DNA of 63,292 nt, the filler included, from Phoronis australis (Eukaryota > Animalia > Phoronida): the NCBI GenBank assembly GCA_002633005.1. It is 7 parts of 7 records of this genome, joined end to end, with 100 filler letters (N's around TTAATTAATTAA, not from the genome) between each part and the next. Parts side by side here need not be neighbours in the genome. Positions count along the whole stretch, not along the records: positions 49,968 to 55,330 come from NMRA01000179.1; positions 55,431 to 57,571 come from NMRA01003835.1; positions 57,672 to 60,272 come from NMRA01003566.1; positions 60,373 to 63,292 come from NMRA01003325.1; 3 more parts are not named here. One strand, given 5' to 3'. Numbering within the stretch: position 1 is the stretch's first letter; every line of letters begins with the position of its first letter. The position numbers and the translations under genes were made by a program. This document shows, one piece after another, positions 51,726 to 63,292 of this stretch. The notes under the pieces were generated by a model that was not told the DNA's origin, made no database searches, and saw nothing but the letters and a program-made list of their open reading frames with translations.

Positions 51726-54142
51726 ATATTGGTTCCTAGGTTCGACCGGTCTACGTAAGGAACTAAACACCAATGCTATTTTAACATACTAAGTACGCGT
51801 AACATTCCAAAAAAAAATCAACGACCACTAACTACAAACTATAAATACACTACATATGCAAACGAATCACGAGATATTACTAATAAAACAAAATAATGAA
51901 GACTTTTCGAGCAATTGAACCATAGCACATTCAGTTACAAGGAAAAAATGGCGGCGTTCAGGACAAGTTCCTGAACTGATGAGCCGGAAATGTGGGTACG
52001 GAAATAACCAATGACAGCCGGTAATTATATGCTCACAGAGAAGGGTCAAATACTGTTAAAATCACTTTTGGCAAGAAAGGTGAAAAGAATATAAAGAAAT
52101 GATTTTATGTACATGTAGTAAGTATTTTCGGATACTGGAACCACATGGGCAGTTTGAGAGCAGGACTTTAAGGAATTTTGCGCTAAGTTTTATCTGGTTT
52201 GCATGTTCAACGACATTGATGGCATTTGTACGGAAGGTCAGTGCTAGAATTTTGTCCGGTATCATTTCTTCGAAGAGTACGTTCTCCGTCGGCTGTTTCA
52301 AATTGGCTGCTCCGTCGAACCGCTTCAACTTCCGCGTCGGCAACTATCATTAGGGGTACGGCAAATCCTTTGAACTTCGGGTGTGGGTTCTTCAGTTGCA
52401 AAGATTAAGTGCCCATGTACGGGTAGTTAGCGCTGGATGCAATATTTCTCGACACTAGTCGTGCGGGGGATTCCGTATGAAGTCACCTTGACGTCACAGA
52501 ATAGGAAGGTATTCCCCAAAGATGGCTGCCAGTATTTGCCGATCGTCATTGTGACATTTATAGTAAAAATAGAAGCCAAAAGTTTCTAATGTCGAGTTAT
52601 TTCTTAATATTTAGCGAACTTAAACAATGAATTGTAGGTTTCAATGAAATTTATTAATTTTAAATGTTAAAATTCTTCGTTTTGCCTTCATTTTCGCCGA
52701 GGTTGTTTTGGAACAGGCCGTATTTTTTCCGTCTTGGCCTTGCCGTCCAAAGCCGTCACTTTTTTAAAAGGGCCGTCCCGAGGACGGCCGCTAGATGATT
52801 CCCTGAATCGTGTTTTATCTTTTTAAAGATAAACGGTAACAATGCGAATTAGTGAGTGCATGTTGTGGCAGCATGTGTTCATTATAATTTGTCACTGTTA
52901 CATTTTTCCGAAGAACCCTTACATGTACATGACGATATCGAAAGACTTTGAAGAAAGCAGACTAAGTAACTCCTTGTTGTGCTGTGTTTCTTGTCTTTTC
53001 ACTCCTTTCATTAATGAATGTTGACTAGAATTTTACTCCGTATATTTTGAGAAAAATGTCAGACTGTTTTATCGTTGTCATTGGATAAAGGCACTTTGCC
53101 CTCACCTCAGCAGTGTAAAGCATGAGTATTCGATAAAATGGAGAGCTTGAGAGATTTTTTCGTACAAAATAGTTTAGTATTTTCTGTTCTAAGTAGCTTC
53201 TAGTATCAAATTCACATTTGGAAGTCTGTCTGCCACATTTTTGTTATACCTGTACCAATTTTTTTTTATTTGTCCAGTTTTGTCTCATATGAACATTACC
53301 TGTACCCGTTTATTGAGGTGCACTAGATGAATACCGTTTGTGTTCAAAATCCATGTCAACAGCAACCATTGATTGGAATTGTGAGATTCATCAGGAGTCA
53401 CTTGTGTAGACTTAAACAAGAATATTATTATTTTGTTTGTAACAAATCTCTGACAGGATGTCCAAGCGGTATTATTAGCAATCGCCGAAGTGAGCAGGGT
53501 CCGTTCCGCTCACGGGGAAGGCCTAGACGGGGCACCTTCAGAGGTTCAAGTGTTAGAAGCATTACTAGTCATTTGACAAAAATGAACGTGTTTATGGCTC
53601 GATACTACAGCATCCGCCTTCACAATCCAATTTTTAAGGACCTGTTCTAACACCTATCTAGAACCAAGCCAAAGTCACGGATTCTCATTTAAAAAACATG
53701 AGAATATCTCACGTAATCTCGCGAAGTCTTGCGTTTTAGCGAGCTACTAGACTTACTGAATGGGAGGCAGGTCTCAAGCAACAGTGAACTTTCAGTTGTT
53801 TCTAATCTCAGAACTCACAAAGAAGGTGTATTGAGTACAAGTTGAGACTACATTATAAGTAATCTCAATCAAAATTCTTATACTGTACTTTAGAAAATGT
53901 CTATGGAAAGCGGTAAAAGCGTGGCTATGACATGATTCGTCACGAAATGCATTGATGACGACATTGGGTGTCTCTGCTCAGACTGAATTTGAAGTAGTTG
54001 GTGGAGATGGTTATAATAATTATCGACACCCGATTGGTCAGTCTACTGCATCATGCGAGATCTCGAGAATGTACGCTAACAGCACACACGCTAAGCACAA
54101 GAAAATATAATGTTCTATTTCTGAGTATTCTTATTTTTGCAG

Positions 54143-55170
54143 GGATATTAGTTATTGTAGTGAAAGTTGGTGCAAGGCATCGAGCACAGATCGTACAAGC
54201 AGGCTACGCGTTCAAGTTTTTCGGTCCCTTTGCTGGAGCATTGATTGTGCGTCCATTTCAGTCAAAAGAAATAGGCAGAACCCAGTCGTGGAACGAGAGG
54301 TCTATGTCTTATCTTCCCAATGATAACGCGACTTCTCTTTGTGCACTAAACTGTAGTCTGTCAGGCTCACGTCACTGGTCTGAGTCCCATATTCTTTACG
54401 GATACGTAATACTTGGCTGTGCGTGTTTTGTACCAGCTCTCTGTTTTTTCACTATATATTTCCTGAAACAATCCAAAGATGAGGACACCGTCACCGTAAC
54501 ATCACAAGCAGAAGAGTCAAGTCAATCAAACCAAGTGTTCCGTAATAAAACAAATATCACAATGGCTGTTTTGGTATTTTTCGTATCCTTATGTTACAAC
54601 ACTTCTCAGAAATCGTTCGTAGATCTTTTCACTACATTTTGCATTGAGTCCAAGGCAGACGTTACAAAGTCAGAAGCAGTCCTGATGTTGTCAGTCTGCT
54701 ATGGCGCGTATACTTTTGGATGCATTAACGCTATTTGGATTTCTAAATTGGTCGATTCATTTGTAATAATTGTTGTAAACATAACCGCCCTGGCAGTTGT
54801 TTTTCTGGTGCTATGTTTTGCCGCCGAACGAAGTACGTTTCTCCTCTGGTTTTCAACCATTTCCATAGGTCTTTGCTGTAGTCCAGTGCTTGCTTCCTTT
54901 GTCAGTTTTTCTCTAGCGTACATAGCGGATGACTCAGTCATGGTCAACATTTGTGTAGCGGGCATGATAGCGGGACTCATGGTATTTCCACCGATAATAC
55001 CACTCACGTTTGGTACAATCGGACCTATGGCACTGATGTACTTTTGTTTTGGCGGGATGTTTACTGCGATGTTGCTCTTAATCCCGCTGTATCTTTTGAG
55101 GAAATGTTCAGCACAGTACAAGGAATCAGTGGACGAAGAAATGGTCACAATCTTGGATAAGAGTAACTAG
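54143..55170 (+). CDS. MFS transporter, MFSD4/sodium-dependent glucose transporter 1-like, terminal exon
   Basis: TTTTTGCAG acceptor; ~342 open codons with about 8 hydrophobic helices; GPFAGALIVRPF, YGAYTFG and AGLMVFPPI segments resemble MFSD4 family helices. Upstream exons not found. Confidence 0.78.
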
Positions 55171-55454
55171 GGAGAAGTTTTAAAGCAACGGATTAAGTTC
55201 CTGTATGTGTGTCTGCAAACGTGAATATACGATGTTTACATCTTGAGCAGATATTCGTTTCTCCTTCCATATAGCCTTGCCCTAAGAATTCGACGCATTT
55301 GTTCAGAAGAAACTTCCTTTAATAACCGTTNNNNNNNNNNNNNNNNNNNNNNNNNNNNNNNNNNNNNNNNNNNNTTAATTAATTAANNNNNNNNNNNNNN
55401 NNNNNNNNNNNNNNNNNNNNNNNNNNNNNNATGATTGTTATCAGTCTTTTCCTG

Positions 55455-56160
55455 TAGGTGGCGCAGCGATTAGTGGGAATAGTTGAATTAGTTGAAATGC
55501 GTGTGTGGAGTCTCTAAAACGGTGACCCCATTGATTATGTCAATAACTTTATCTACTTGCTCTACTTGATCTACCTAAGTTTATCTATCCGTTATTTAGT
55601 GGGTGATCCCCGTAGATGGCGTTATTTGTCTGCCTTTAGGTGGCGTAATGATTAATCGTATAGTTGAATTAGTTGAAATGCGTTTTTGGAGTCTCTAAAA
55701 TTGTGATCCTGATGATGACGTCATGTACGTTATCTACCTGCCCACAGGTGGCGCAGCCATTAGTAGGCGTATTTGAATTAGTTGAAATGCGTTTACTACT
55801 TGATCTACCTAACTGTGTTTCTCAAGTTGTGAGTCGGTTGCTGACGTCATATAAATTATGTACCAGCCCCCAGATGGCGCGGTTATTAGTACGTATAGTT
55901 GAATTAGTTGAAATTCGTTTCTTGTGTCACTAAAGTTGAGAACCTCTATCTGACGTCTTTATCTGTATGTGGCGTAGAGGTAGCTTGAAATATATGAATT
56001 TGCTGAAATCTTAACACTGGCATCTTAAATATCATTTACCTGCGAATGAAGTCACCATTTCATCTTTCTTTGCATTAACATGCTTTAGCGCCTCCTATAT
56101 CCAGTATTTCTAAGAGTAAGTGGAAAAGTAACATCGGGGGCGCTGCAATTAGTTGAACTA
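55455..56160. repeat. Diverged tandem repeat with CTCF-like motifs
   Basis: AG[G/A]TGGCGY...TTGAATTAGTTGAAAT recurs at ~55456, 55638, 55745 and 55872, with remnants to 56160. Confidence 0.8.
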
Positions 56161-59100
56161 CAGCTTCCAATTAATCGATTAGTAGGTCCCTACCAAAGAT
56201 TCTGACATGACTCGCACTCACAGGAATTTTAGAAGCATCATTACCGTAAACGTTTACATGCTTCTGGTGATCCAAATCCGATTTGGAAAGTTTGTGTTGT
56301 GGACCTTGTCTTTTCCAGTACGCGTAAAGTCAGGGGTGCGGTAGCCCACAGAGTAAACAGCATTCAAAGAATTGTAGGTGTCAGTTTCACTCTGAGCTTA
56401 AAAGTTGGAAGTTAAAAACGCGGGTCCCTCGAGGCCACAACATTGCTTGATCTTTAACGATTCTTGAATTTACAGCTCGAGTTTTATTAAAATACGGAGC
56501 GTCAGTTGATTCTTTATTAATTGTCATTATAGGTGATTAGCAGAAAACAACAAAAAGAGCGACTGGCCTTATATCCAAATGCAGTTGTAATTGCTGTCGA
56601 ATAAAGGTGTGTGGCCAAATATATCGGATCGCTGCATTTTTTCAGTGTTCCGAGAAAATGGCCATTTCATTTGTAATGCCATGGTCTTACACGAGGGAAC
56701 TTAGCGGACTGCTGCAAGGGTAAACTTTTAATTAAATCTTCAGAAAATTATTTTCAACCAATTCTAGCTTTTTGCGTGGTGAAAGCACGCGCCTTTTCAG
56801 CCTCGTTACAGCATATGACCAATTGAATCTTGATTACAAAGACTATCAAATTTTGGTTTGCTGACTTTTACTCTTATCTGGACCATCCCGAAGCGGACAC
56901 TTGAAATAAGTGGTGTCATTTTGACATCCCACTTCAGAATTTCTGTTGCGTTTTAAACCAAGACCAAAGTTTAATTGAGAGCCCTTTCATTCTGCCAAGC
57001 TGCGACAATTTGTACTTAAAAATTTGGTTTTAAATAATCCCGACTTAAAAAATAATAAAACAGCTTAATTTTCACGAATGATATTCTTGTTATGCTCGTT
57101 TCTCTGTAATTTGCGCTTTTCGTCACATTTGCAAATTTAAATAACGAGCATCGGCGAGCCGAGTATTCCTGGATTGGGGATTGTACCGTAAACATACTTG
57201 CCACCAACCTGGGTATTGTTTCAGACACAGTTGTGATTTAGGCTTCTTGATATCACCGGTACAACCTAGGGTGAATGTTTGGGCTTTGCGTTGTGGTTTG
57301 CATGGTAAACAAAATAAGTAGCGACTGTGTGAGGAGGTGCAAGTTCTGGAAAATGATATACATGATCTCGAATTGAGGTTTTTCATCACTTGTATTATTA
57401 ATAATTCAGCGATTCATCATCCGGGTTGTCCATTTATTGTGCTACGGCATCCCCTGTCGAAGGTTGTGACGGCGGCAACAACGTGGCGCAACTTATTGCG
57501 TATGCCATTCACAGAAACAACAATTTAGCAGACGTGGCCTTTATTTTTCACATAACATACATGTATCAAGANNNNNNNNNNNNNNNNNNNNNNNNNNNNN
57601 NNNNNNNNNNNNNNNTTAATTAATTAANNNNNNNNNNNNNNNNNNNNNNNNNNNNNNNNNNNNNNNNNNNNCATCTAGACGTATTATAATAGTTTCCAAA
57701 GTTTACAATATCCTTTAAATATATTCATGTGGTCAAGCCCAACCACCAAAGCTGTAATAAGGTAGAAATGTACAAATACTAAAAAAATATATTTCAACGC
57801 TTGGCGAATGGAGAAATGTCGTCTTCTTTACTGTAACTAAAACTTTTCTCAACTCGTCTGTTTTTCAACCAGAATGCATGAGAGTAACATCATTGGAAAG
57901 GTGTTCGTGAGCTGCTGATAATTCAATTAATGAACAGTTATTATTTTGCATATCTGACAGGTTTAAAAAAATATTTTTTAATTCTAAAAACCAAGAATTT
58001 AAAAAAATGCGAAAAATAAAGAGTGTAACACTGAAGCCCCTCGTGCACTAAATGGCTGTTTATTAACTAATTATAATTAGTCAATTAATTAACTTGTAAT
58101 GTCATTTGATTTATGATATAACTCTGACAGAAATATGCTAGAAAGGTCAAACTCAAAATGTTCCATAGTTAATTTTTCACGAATTACAAAGTGAACACGT
58201 CCTTCAGTTTCGCAAAAGTCACCATGTTGTACGTCCTTTATCACTCAATAAGTAACATCTGCGTGACCGAATTCTGATGAAAATATCAAATCGTACAGAA
58301 TAGTTGGAAAAAATGTCTCACTTAACATTTTATGTAGAATATTGGTGAAAATAACTTATAAGCAGTTTTAAACTCGTAACTTATGCCGCTGTCGTCCAAG
58401 AGGGCTGACCCGATCCAAACATCAAGTGATCCAAATTTTGCCACAGACGTAATAACTTTGTACTGCTTAACCCAATTTTGATATTTTTTATTTTCTGTTG
58501 TGTGGGACGCATTATCTTTCCGATTATATTGAAGAAATTCTTGAAAACGATGATTTTTTTGGTTCGATTGCCCTATTTAGCAAACAACTCTTCTGTCTTT
58601 TACCCTAGATGGTCAATATTTTTGGAATACGATAGAACGACATAACATCTATCACCCCTGTTCGAGCAGACAAATATTTGGAGCTTCGGTACCGTTTAAT
58701 ACAGTGACTGTCACATTCTTCAGTAATAATCTCGGATGCAATGACATTGATAAAATGTGATTAACTAATTACTCCAACTACCTAACCGAAATCTGCAGAT
58801 AAGGTAGATAAAAAGGTAAAATCTATTGTGTACTTTTGAAATGTATTATGGATAGCTCATTACATAGATTGCAGTTCAGGACTTCACATAGAAGTAAACT
58901 CATTTCTTCACAAAGCATTTTTAATACCCTTGTTGAAAACACAATACCAATTTAATATATGCAAATGACACTCGCGGGTGCGCGCGCGCACACACACACA
59001 CGCACACTACCCACGCGTGCGCATTTCGAAACCTGAAAACAAAGTTAGAACTCGTAAGTAGTCAAGAAAACAAAAGAGTCAGAAAGCACCTTCTGCTGTT

Positions 59101-60372
59101 AAATCTTTCGTATTCACAATTTCTCAAATAGGGATATTTTTCCATTTGCAACTTTTCTGAGTATCAGGCAGTAGATGTGGTATTTTCCAATATAAATGAG
59201 TAAATTAAATGCACCTGAGTTGTGTCATTTGCCAAAAAAGTATGTGGTAAATTCTAGTGATACTGATATATGTAGTATGTGTTACCGTAAACAAGAGACA
59301 TTCGAACACACTATCGTTAAAACGATTGTTAAGTTACTAAAGATAGTGGACTATGGAAAATAACAAAGAGACAATGTCATTTGAAACAGGGCAGACGTGA
59401 GTTCTCACAGCACAATCACTGGCTATCGAGGAGATTGTAATGACCGCAGGAAGGTGTTGGCAACGGGGAATTGTGAAAGGCGTATTGGATCACTTGTACT
59501 AGCTGCAACTCGTGCAAAGAGACTCGATTTTATCTCGAAAACTCATTTCAATCAATTTTAGACACATTTCTCATTGTCTGCATGATGTTGATTTGTCTCG
59601 TAAAACGCACACTTACACCTCCATGCAGACATAAATTGCACCACGAACGTAAATATCTAAACAAAGTACTTTATCTCAAATTCCAGAATGCATTGCAATT
59701 TCATCTGAAATTGCTACTACTTCCTTGTATAACAAGGAATACAGGTAAAATAAAAAAATTCAGACCAATTGCGCTGACATTTATTTATGCAACACTTGAG
59801 TACAGTGAGTCGATAGAATGTAGTTCATAAACTCAAGAAGACCTTAGTTTCTACCTCATATGTATTCATCGTTTCAACGATTTTATACTTAAAGGCACTT
59901 TCAAGGGCCATGGCAGACGCTTTCACATTGAAAATGACAATGAAAGTGGTCTGATACATCTATACGTTGAATCAGGCATGAGGGATCCAATATCTAAAAC
60001 GTTCGTTTGTACAGTGTAGAAATCTTTTCACTCTTTGAAGTTATTACCCTAATAGCTGAACTGGTTCTTTATATAACCTCTATGGTTCATTTCCCATAAT
60101 ACTCTCTTATTTTTCGCATTTTGGTAACACTCTTGGTTTTTAAAATTAAAAAATATTTTTAAACCAATTAGGTGTGCGAAATGATAATTTCTTATGAATG
60201 AAATATTTATCTTAGTTGTATCTGGTACAATCATCAAGAACTGACGAAGGACTTTCTAATGATAAGGCTCTTNNNNNNNNNNNNNNNNNNNNNNNNNNNN
60301 NNNNNNNNNNNNNNNNTTAATTAATTAANNNNNNNNNNNNNNNNNNNNNNNNNNNNNNNNNNNNNNNNNNNN

Positions 60373-60549
60373 CAGTGGAGCTACTGGGTGCAATGGCCTT
60401 CTGTGCCCCTAAACAGCTGTCTGCCTGTCTCCCGAGTATCGTGCCCAAACTTACCGAGGTGTTGTCGGACTCGCATGCCAAAGTGCAAAAAGCAGGCGCC
60501 CAAGCCCTGCGACAGATTGGTTCAGTCATTCGGAATCCCGAGATCCAAG
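60373..60549 (+). CDS. GCN1: GCN1 exon (5' edge cut by scaffold start)
   Basis: [34 protein letters not shown]...IRNPEIQ; GT donor. Confidence 0.96.
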
Positions 60550-60962
60550 GTGTGTTGTGATAAATAGCTATAGTTTATTTGTGAGTTCTGAAACATGGTG
60601 GTGTTAATGTTGTCTATGCATGCTTGATTGATATGATATGTAGTCATTTTGTAGAAGGGTTTTGTGGCAACACGTACTCCTTGTTTTGCTTTGCAAAGCC
60701 ATAAGGTTGTAATGAAACTAGTGCTTCTAAACACTTCCCCAGTAGTTTTAATTCAAATGATACAAACATGCATTCAGTTTTATTATGCGCCCACATATTT
60801 ATATGTTGATGCATTATTTGGCTATAGGTTATTTCACCATCAGCTGTCGACCTCTGTTACACTCCTGGTTCCTGTTAGCTTGGGCACTCTATGAGATGAG
60901 GGTGACTGACTGTTTACAGTCACTGTGTTTTCAATACTGTTATCTCCTGTTCTCTCTTGCAG

Positions 60963-61183
60963 CTCTTGTTCCAATCCTACTGGATGCTTTGCAAGACCCT
61001 ACCAAGAAGGCGACATCGTGTCTTCAGTCCTTACTGGAGACCAAGTTTGTCCACTTTGTCGATGCCCCCTCCCTCGCTCTCATAATGCCAGTAGTCGAAC
61101 GTGCTCTTAAGGACAGGTCGACTGAGACGAGGAAAATGGCATCCCAGATCATTGGCAATATGTACTCACTGACAGATCAAAAG
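60963..61183 (+). CDS. GCN1: GCN1 exon
   Basis: [19 protein letters not shown]...[13 protein letters not shown]; AG/GT flanks, in phase. Confidence 0.96.
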
Positions 61184-61651
61184 GTTGGTAAAAAATGAAA
61201 AAAAAATAAGTCTGTTTCGTTGAGTGTAGGTGGATATGGTGATTTGTGTTTGAAATTGCCGTTATTCAAAAGCAAATTTATCTTTAAATAATTTTGTGGG
61301 CACTAATTTTCAATAAGTTGAGATTCTTGAAAGCTATTATTAGTGGCTAATAAGTAGTGCTGGTGAATTTGACTTAGCCCAATCGTACATTGCTAATAAT
61401 TTTAGTGAACTAAGGTACTTGCGGAACTCAGAGTTGTTTTATTGTGGTTGAGAATAACGTTCAGCTGTTTCAGTTACAGAGTCATTAATTTTTAATTTTA
61501 GTAATATCTAGTTGTGATATGTTTGAACACTGTAACCATCAGCTGTATTTGTTGTACAGCCCTGCAAACAAATAATAAACCATGAAAATATAAGCCAGTA
61601 TTTAATTACGTGACTGACTGCTTTTATCTAACCTCTTCCCCTTTTCAATAG

Positions 61652-61859
61652 GACCTGGCTCCTTACTTGCCCAACGTCATGCCAGGCCTCAAACAGTCGC
61701 TACTGGATCCTGTGCCTGAGGTGCGGAGTGTCTCGGCGCATGCCCTCGGTGCCATGGTCAAGGGTATGGGTGAAGGAATCTTTGAGGACATGATGCCCTG
61801 GCTGATGCAGACGTTGACCAGTGAAAATAGTTCTGTCGACCGTTCCGGGGCTGCTCAAG
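61652..61859 (+). CDS. GCN1: GCN1 exon
   Basis: DLAPYLP...LLDPVPEVR...SSVDRSGAAQG; AG/GT flanks. Confidence 0.96.
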
Positions 61860-62429
61860 GTAGGATTGGATGGCCACACACACTGTTTGGCACATTTTGA
61901 CATTCGTTCACGCTGACTGACATTCTCTGGTTCAGTGTGCAGCGTTCGTTGAATTATCTTTGAGATGTCTCCTAAATCATATTTTTTAGCGATGAACTCA
62001 GGTATTGTAACGAAAAGTAAAAAAGCAAGTTGGAAAGGTAGATCATTAGAAAATAATGTAGTTTTAGTGGGATTTGGAAATTAAACAGCACACATATTTG
62101 GAGGCCCTATAGTCTGCATCACACTTACTTCAAACTAACGTGAAACAACTGTGAGTTAGTTTTAACATTTCATAAATAGAACCAGTGAGCTCCAGCACAG
62201 ACTTAGTGTAGTGGTGGAAAGTTACAAGTGTTACACCAGAGCTTATTTTGTCTGGCAAAGGCAAAATTGAAACTAAAACAAAATCAATACTCACACATTA
62301 ATGTCCCAATGTAATAGTCGCACTTGTGAGCCGGAGACATGGATGCGCTTCCTCACTTTAACACAAAATTTGCTGCCAAAGTACACGCCAGGTTATTCTA
62401 GACTATTTATGTTGATGTCTTTATTACAG

Positions 62430-62626
62430 GCCTGAGTGAGATAGTGGGTGGTCTGGGACTGGAGAAGTTGGAACGACTGATGCCAGACATTATACAGGCG
62501 GCGGAGAGGACAGACATCGCTCCGCACGTGCGTGATGGTTACATTATGATGTACATCTACCTGCCTACTGTATTTGGGGACAGCTTCCTCAAGTTTGTAG
62601 GGCCTATCCTGCCTTCTGTACTGCAG
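62430..62626 (+). CDS. GCN1: GCN1 exon
   Basis: LSEIVGGLGLEKL...APHVRDGYIMMYIYLP...; AG/GT flanks. Confidence 0.96.
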
Positions 62627-63292
62627 GTGAGTGTCTTCGTCTGTATTCGCAGCCTGTTGGTAGAAAGACACAAGAGACATGTGCCCAGTTGCAAAGAGGG
62701 GCTCATCTATGTTCCCTAAGTTTTCATCTTTTTGACTTGTGCAGGCCCTGATCATTCTTTTTAAAATCAGTTATCTGAGAAACACATCAAGACTAAACTT
62801 TACATTGAATTTTCAATGTTATTGAAAATAAATGGGGAGACTTATGCAGCGTCTCTGATTTAACGACTAAGCCGTTATTTTTTTTCATTCAAATTAGGGC
62901 TCAGTCTTCTGACAAAATGTCATTAGTTCTAAGACATGTTCACAATAAATAAAATTGGTAGAAAAACACAACATTTTGGTGTTTACAATTACACAAACGC
63001 TTTGAATATTTAGGGAACTTAAGCTATTTGGGACTGTTTCTTGCATTCAGGCAATGATAACTAAGTGTGGTCCTTATTGGGGGGATTACTGTGATTTTTG
63101 GAAACCGGTTTGTTGTTTGTTAGCAATGTCAAATGTGAGTTTACACGACATGAGGTGGTTGTCATTGTCTGTGGGCACAGGGTCCTACAAGAGTTACTTT
63201 TGGCTGCAGTTAACACAGGAAGTAGTCTGCGTGAATCACTGACACAGCTTTACCGAGGCTTGTGCAGCACACATTATCATTGTCAGTAGTTA

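Noticed and set aside
52062-52408. Overlapping short ORFs on both strands
   Set aside because: No recognisable domain or consistent splice structure; possibly a decayed transposon gene but unsupported.
55455-56160. CRISPR-like repeat-spacer array
   Set aside because: Eukaryotic context, degenerate repeats, related and irregular spacers, no cas genes.
58975-59025. Alternating purine-pyrimidine (CG/CA) tract
   Set aside because: Common short microsatellite with no supporting context.
33756-62626. FA2H, MFS transporter and GCN1 as a functional cluster
   Set aside because: They lie on different scaffolds joined by artificial spacers.

Overview
This is eukaryotic, AT-rich, intron-containing DNA, most likely from a marine invertebrate (species not identifiable). 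It is not one contiguous locus: six identical 100-bp spacers (44N-TTAATTAATTAA-44N) join seven unrelated scaffolds, so neighbourhoods across them mean nothing. Host genes are partial: the last two exons of fatty acid 2-hydroxylase (joined by a GC-AG intron), a large terminal exon of an MFSD4-like MFS transporter, and four exons of GCN1. Most other recognisable sequence is mobile DNA. It includes a decayed Gypsy element with the unusual Gmr1-type order (integrase before RT-RNase H), a Penelope-like GIY-YIG element with a minimal hammerhead ribozyme, and Mag-type and CsRn1-type Gypsy 5' halves. It also includes two CR1/L2-group LINE fragments, a spliced DUF6589-like putative transposase pseudogene, Helentron-type (HINE) elements rich in CTCF-like motifs, several MITEs, tRNA-derived heads and degenerate CCCTAA arrays. 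I cannot support a wholly new biological system. The best leads are the CTCF-motif-carrying Helentron arrays, the spliced DUF6589-like gene, a 123-bp structured unit sitting at rearrangement junctions, and the hammerhead motifs. All family assignments come from motif recognition, not from database searches.
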